Origin: Gammaproteobacteria bacterium | GTDB lineage: Bacteria; Pseudomonadota; Gammaproteobacteria; Steroidobacterales; Steroidobacteraceae | DNA length: 64,000 nt | Reading direction: 5' to 3' | Assembly (NCBI GenBank): GCA_043744295.1 | Contig: JAYTUZ010000161.1 | Span: 34,199-98,198, forward strand | Part shown: positions 60,033-64,000 of the stretch, piece by piece | Position numbering within the stretch: position 1 is the stretch's first letter | Layout: each line of letters begins with the position of its first letter | The notes under the pieces: generated by a model | What the model was told of the DNA's origin: nothing | Seen by the model: the letters and a program-made list of their open reading frames with translations, nothing else | Database searches by the model: none | Made by a program: the position numbers and the translations under genes

Positions 60033-61184
60033 ATGAACCCAAGGCCTGGTCTGTTCGTGCTGTTGCTCGCGACTCTGGCCGGCGCGGCTCATGGCGCAGG
60101 CGGGCCACGGGCGCGCGACCTGGGAGTGCCCTTCGATGGCACTCCCGGGCCACTGAATGCGGTGACTGACGTCGTGGGCGTCGAAGTGGGCCACACGACC
60201 CTGATCGCAGGCGATGGTGCGCTGGTTGTCGGTAAGGGCCCGGTTCGTACCGGCGTCACGGCCGTGCTGCCGCGGGGCAAGCACTCATTCGATCCGGTTT
60301 TCGCGGGCTGGTTTTCCCTCAATGGCAATGGCGAGATGACCGGCACCGCCTGGGTTGAGGAGTCCGGTTTCCTCGAGGGCCCGGTCATGATCACCAACAC
60401 CCACAGTGTCGGCACCGTGCATGACGCCGTGATTCAGTGGCGACTGCGGCACGGTGCGCCTGACAAAGAGGGCTATTCCTGGTCGTTGCCGGTGGTGGCA
60501 GAAACCTGGGATGGTTACCTCAACGATGTCAACGGATTCCACGTCAAGCCCGACGATGTGTTCCATGCTCTCGACACTGCTCATGGCGGCGCCGTCGAAG
60601 AAGGCAGTGTCGGCGGCGGGACTGGCATGGTGTGCAACGAATTCAAGGGCGGCATTGGCACCGCATCGCGCCTGCTGCCCGCCAGGCGCGGCGGCTACAC
60701 GGTCGGCGTGCTGGTGCAGTGTAACTACGGTCAACGCGACCAGCTGCGCATAGCCGGCGTGCCGGTGGGGCGCGAACTTCCCGGCGCAACCATCCGCGAT
60801 GACGATGTCGGCTCGATCATCGTTGTGGTTGCCACCGATGCGCCACTCATTTCCACACAGCTGCGCCGCGTCGCGAAGCGCGTGGCGCTCGGCCTGGGTC
60901 GCAATGGCAGTTATTCCGGTGACGGTTCGGGCGATATCTTCATGGCATTTTCGACCGCCAATCCTGGGGTCGCGGGCGCTGACGCGGTTCGCCAGGTTGC
61001 CATGCTGCCAAACGACAAGCTCAATCCGATCTTTATCGCCACGGTCCAGGCTACGGAAGAAGCCGTGATCAATGCCATGGTTGCCGCTGGCACGATGACT
61101 GGCATTAACGGCCATACGGCACAGGGATTGCCGCACGACGCCTTGCGAGACATTCTGCGAAAATATCATCGGCTGACGAATTGA
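60033..61184 (+). CDS. Secreted P1/S58 family peptidase (DmpA/BapA-type aminopeptidase)
   Basis: 383 aa with a signal peptide. GPLNAVTDVVGVEVGHTTL...TGVTAVLP...GGGTGMVCNEFKGGIGTAS...VVATDAPL is the typical DmpA-family pattern. Confidence 0.8.
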   Translation: MNPRPGLFVLLLATLAGAAHGAGGPRARDLGVPFDGTPGPLNAVTDVVGVEVGHTTLIAGDGALVVGKGPVRTGVTAVLPRGKHSFDPVFAGWFSLNGNGEMTGTAWVEESGFLEGPVMITNTHSVGTVHDAVIQWRLRHGAPDKEGYSWSLPVVAETWDGYLNDVNGFHVKPDDVFHALDTAHGGAVEEGSVGGGTGMVCNEFKGGIGTASRLLPARRGGYTVGVLVQCNYGQRDQLRIAGVPVGRELPGATIRDDDVGSIIVVVATDAPLISTQLRRVAKRVALGLGRNGSYSGDGSGDIFMAFSTANPGVAGADAVRQVAMLPNDKLNPIFIATVQATEEAVINAMVAAGTMTGINGHTAQGLPHDALRDILRKYHRLTN

Positions 61185-61282
61185 TCGCGTTGCGGCGATC
61201 TTTTTATATTATCGCCGTTACATTATAATCCCGGCGCTCTGGCCGGCGCGCATTGCGCTGGCGGTAAACGAGGATCCAGCCC

Positions 61283-62776
61283 ATGTCCGCGGTACGCACT
61301 CTAGGCTTGATGGGCACCGGTGTGATCGGTGCTGGCTGGGCGGCACGCGCCCTGCATTTTGGCGTCAATGTCATTGCGGCCGACGTCAAGCCCGAGATGG
61401 AAGCCGTGCTGCGCGCGACCATCGCCAACGCGGCGCCGGCGCTGGCGCGCCTGGTACGTGCGCCGCTGCCGGAGCGCGGTGTGCTGTCTTTCACGACCGA
61501 TCCTGCGCAGATGGCGCGCAGCGCCGACTTCATCCAGGAAAATATTCCGGAGCAGCTCGAGCTCAAGCAGCGGGTGCTCGGCGAGGTCAGCCGGCATGCG
61601 CGCCCCGGGGTGGTCATTGCTTCGAGCACTTCCGGGCTGCGTCCCAGTGACCTGCAGGCCAGCATGCAGGGGCCGGAGCGCTTCTGCGTTGCCCATCCGT
61701 TCAACCCGGTCTACCTGCTGCCGTTGGTGGAGCTGGTGGGTGGTGAGCGGACGACGGCCGCCACCATTGCCACGGCGGCTGAGTTCTTCAGCTACATCGG
61801 CATGCACCCGTTGCAGGTGCGACGCGAGGTGCCCGGGCACCTGACCGATCGTTTGCAGGAAGCCTTATGGCGCGAAATTCTGCACCTGATCAATGACGGC
61901 GTCGCCACCACGGGCGAGCTCGATGAGTCGATCATTTATGGACCGGGGCTGCGCTGGGCAGGCATGGGCACCAACCTCATCTATCATCTGGCAGGTGGCG
62001 AGGCAGGCATGCGCCACATGCTGGAGCAGTTCGGCCCTTGCCTGAAGTGGCCCTGGACCCGGCTCGAGGCGCCCGAACTGTCAGAGACACTGATTGATCG
62101 GATGGTGGAGGGCACCCAGGCCCAGGCGGCGGGCCGCTCGATCCGGCAACTTGAACAGCAGCGCGATGACTATCTCGTTGCCATTCAACAGGTGTTGTGC
62201 GAGCAGGGTATCGGAGCCGGATTGACGCTGCGTGCGCTCGAGACGCGACTCCACGCCACGGCGGCCGCTGCCGCGCAGCCGCTGCTGACAGCTGCGAATG
62301 ACGGACAACCAGCGCGCCTGCTCGAAGGGCGCGTGCGCCCGGAATGGCTCGACTACAACGCTCACATGACCGAGTCGCGCTATCTCTACGTGTTTGGTCT
62401 GGCAAGTGACGCACTGTTTCGCAGCGTCGGCGTTGACGAGCACTATCGGGCCAGGGCGCGGATGTTCTTCAGCGTCGAGACCCACCTGACTCATCAGGCC
62501 GAGGCGCTGGTAAACGAGGCCTTTTACGTCACCGGCCAGTTGCTGTCGGTCGATGACAAGCGGCTGCGCGTTTTCTATCGCCTGCATCGTGGCAGTGATG
62601 ACAGATTGCTGGCGACCGGTGAGCAGATGTATCTGCATGTCGACACTTCCATCAAGCACTCCTGTGTCATCGACGCCGCGGTGCGCACGCAACTTGAACG
62701 ACTGGTCGCTGCACACGCGCAACTACCCAGTCCGCGCGAGCGCGGGCGCTCGGTTGGTATGGCTGTTGCCCGCTGA
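61283..62776 (+). CDS. L-carnitine dehydrogenase-like 3-hydroxyacyl-CoA-dehydrogenase-fold enzyme fused to a hotdog thioesterase domain
   Basis: N-terminal Rossmann motif LGLMGTGVIGAGWA, then FIQENIPEQLELKQ and HPFNPVYLLPLVELVGG (carnitine 3-dehydrogenase pattern). The C-terminal ~150 aa are 4HBT/hotdog-like (VRPEWLDYNAHMTESRYLYVFG...ETHLTH). A perfect TATAAT lies at 61224-61229 upstream. Confidence 0.7.
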   Translation: MSAVRTLGLMGTGVIGAGWAARALHFGVNVIAADVKPEMEAVLRATIANAAPALARLVRAPLPERGVLSFTTDPAQMARSADFIQENIPEQLELKQRVLGEVSRHARPGVVIASSTSGLRPSDLQASMQGPERFCVAHPFNPVYLLPLVELVGGERTTAATIATAAEFFSYIGMHPLQVRREVPGHLTDRLQEALWREILHLINDGVATTGELDESIIYGPGLRWAGMGTNLIYHLAGGEAGMRHMLEQFGPCLKWPWTRLEAPELSETLIDRMVEGTQAQAAGRSIRQLEQQRDDYLVAIQQVLCEQGIGAGLTLRALETRLHATAAAAAQPLLTAANDGQPARLLEGRVRPEWLDYNAHMTESRYLYVFGLASDALFRSVGVDEHYRARARMFFSVETHLTHQAEALVNEAFYVTGQLLSVDDKRLRVFYRLHRGSDDRLLATGEQMYLHVDTSIKHSCVIDAAVRTQLERLVAAHAQLPSPRERGRSVGMAVAR

Positions 62777-62779
62777 TTC

Positions 62780-63412
62780 ATGCCGAAACTGGTCAATCAC
62801 GACGAACGGCGCGAGCAGATCGCGCACGCGGCGTGCCAGGTGGTCGCGAAAGTGGGCTTCGAGAATGCCACGGTGGCGCGTATCGCCCGCGCTGCCGGCT
62901 ATACCACCGGAATGGTGGCCCATTACTTTGAATCAAAGCAGCAGATCATTCTCGCCAGTCTGCGGCTGATACTGCATCGTATCGAACAGCGACTCACCCA
63001 GGGCGAGCGCGCTGGCAGTAATCTGCTCACCGTGCTGTCCGAGTCATTGCCTATCGACGAAGCACGGCTGGCGGAGTGTGCCTTCTGGACCGCCTTCTGG
63101 GGCCAGGTATCCGCTGACAGTCGTGCCCGGCAGCTCAATGACTGGGTGCATCGCGAGTATGCCCGGCTGTTTGAGCGTTGCATCGCGACGCACTGGCCTG
63201 AATCGCGTCACTGGCCGGCGAAACTGCGTGCCGACGTGTTACGTTCGATGATGACATTCATCAACGGCCTGACCGCGAGCGCGGTAACGAGCCGCAAGGA
63301 CTGGCCGGTGGCGCGCCAGATTGAGCAACTGAGCCTGCAGCTGGAACTGCTGCAGGGTTGGGCGAATCGCGCGCGCCGCACGCGCGCGCGGCGTTTACAG
63401 CTTCCGGAGTAA
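62780..63412 (+). CDS. TetR/AcrR family transcriptional regulator
   Basis: 210 aa with N-terminal HTH VVAKVGFENATVARIARAAGYTTGMVAHYF. It starts 3 nt after the preceding stop. Confidence 0.88.
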   Translation: MPKLVNHDERREQIAHAACQVVAKVGFENATVARIARAAGYTTGMVAHYFESKQQIILASLRLILHRIEQRLTQGERAGSNLLTVLSESLPIDEARLAECAFWTAFWGQVSADSRARQLNDWVHREYARLFERCIATHWPESRHWPAKLRADVLRSMMTFINGLTASAVTSRKDWPVARQIEQLSLQLELLQGWANRARRTRARRLQLPE

Positions 63413-63414
63413 CC

Positions 63415-64000
63415 ATGGATTTCGCACTCACCGAAGAACAGCAGCTAATCATCCAATCGACTCGCACTTTTGTGGAAAACGAGCTGTTTCCACATGAGCA
63501 GGAAATCGAAGCCAGCGGCGTGCTGCGCGAAGAGCTGTATCAGCAGTTGAAGGCCAGGGCGATCGATGCCGGCCTGTACGCGGCCAACATGCCGAGCGAG
63601 GTTGGTGGCAGTGGTCTTGATACCGTCACCTGGGTGCTGTACGAAAAAGAACTCGGACGCACCAGCTACGCACTGCATTACAACTGCGTGGCCAGGCCCT
63701 CGAACATACTGCTGGCCTGCAGTGGTGAGCAGCGCGAACGCTATCTGCTGCCCACCGTGCGTGGCGAGCGCGTCGAATGCCTGGCGATGAGCGAGCCTGG
63801 GGCGGGCTCGGATCTGCGTGCCATGAAGACCAGCGCCGTGGAGCGGGGCGGCGATTTCATCATCAACGGCACCAAGCACTTCATCAGTCATGCGGATCGT
63901 GCCGACTACGTCATCCTGTTTGCCACCACGGGTGTGGAAGCAGGCCCGAAGGGCCCGCGCACCCGGCTGACGGCATTTCTGGTCGACAAAGGGCTGGCAG
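63415..64000 (+). CDS. Acyl-CoA dehydrogenase, 5' part (gene runs off the window)
   Basis: ATG 63415 with GGAG RBS at 63406-63409. Hand translation: MDFALTEEQQLIIQSTRTFVENELFPHEQEIE...CLAMSEPGAGSDLRAMKTSAVERGGDFIINGTKHFIS. This covers the ACAD N-terminal and middle-domain motifs. There is no stop before the window end. Confidence 0.85.
   Translation, partial: MDFALTEEQQLIIQSTRTFVENELFPHEQEIEASGVLREELYQQLKARAIDAGLYAANMPSEVGGSGLDTVTWVLYEKELGRTSYALHYNCVARPSNILLACSGEQRERYLLPTVRGERVECLAMSEPGAGSDLRAMKTSAVERGGDFIINGTKHFISHADRADYVILFATTGVEAGPKGPRTRLTAFLVDKGLA

Noticed and set aside
61194-61216. Hairpin GGCGAT-N11-ATCGCC after the DmpA-type gene as a rho-independent terminator
   Set aside because: It has only a 6-bp stem with an 11-nt AT-rich loop and no downstream T-run. 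That is too weak to call.

Overview
This is a high-GC (by eye about 65%) proteobacterial chromosomal segment. Gene content looks gammaproteobacterial, of the Xanthomonadales/Nevskiales type, but that is inference only. I support about 50 protein genes, one tRNA-Arg(ACG), three gene wrecks and one att-like repeat pair. I found no rRNA, CRISPR array, transposase or integrase.

Layout, left to right:
- 5' end of an EF-G-family GTPase gene, then tRNA-Arg.
- A small accessory strip: a 46-bp duplication of the tRNA 3' half brackets a HigB/HigA-like toxin-antitoxin pair, followed by a visibly lower-GC lipoprotein gene and stumps of a PQQ-propeller gene and a HipA kinase gene.
- The strip abuts a translationally coupled alpha-2-macroglobulin/pbpC operon.
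- A unit of aldehyde dehydrogenase, small TM ORF, NCS1 permease, dimethylglycine-dehydrogenase-like fusion and TonB-dependent receptor.
- A methyltransferase, a Big2/PQQ lipoprotein, small envelope proteins, and pirin-azoR with a divergent LysR.
- A co-directional block: membrane protein, atypical Ser/Thr kinase, cbpA, cbpM, small conserved protein, metallophosphoesterase.
- A lysine catabolic cluster (lysine-dehydrogenase-like, ALDH7-type, gcdH, Lrp), a YebC-family gene and putA.
- A CHASE4-PAS-GGDEF-EAL protein, PEBP, cyclophilin, dctA, a YciC-like protein and a TonB_C lipoprotein.
- GH13+GH97 with an MFS transporter, an FG-GAP lipoprotein, yaeQ and an EAL gene wreck.
- An aminotransferase-ALDH-aminotransferase operon, a DmpA peptidase, a carnitine-dehydrogenase/thioesterase fusion, TetR, and an acyl-CoA dehydrogenase cut by the window end.

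I do not see a clear-cut new defence or mobile system. The best candidates for something undescribed are:
1. The kinase/co-chaperone/phosphoesterase block at 27653-32644, whose kinase has a degenerate catalytic loop.
2. The integrase-less TA cassette inside a tRNA duplication.
3. A translationally coupled single-TM micro-ORF in front of an NCS1 permease, within an unassigned amine-catabolic unit.
4. A perfect 32-bp palindrome in the dctA control region.

Many long ORFs in the supplied track are antisense shadows of real genes, as is typical for high-GC DNA, and were rejected. All functional calls rest on motif recognition by eye. No database search was run.
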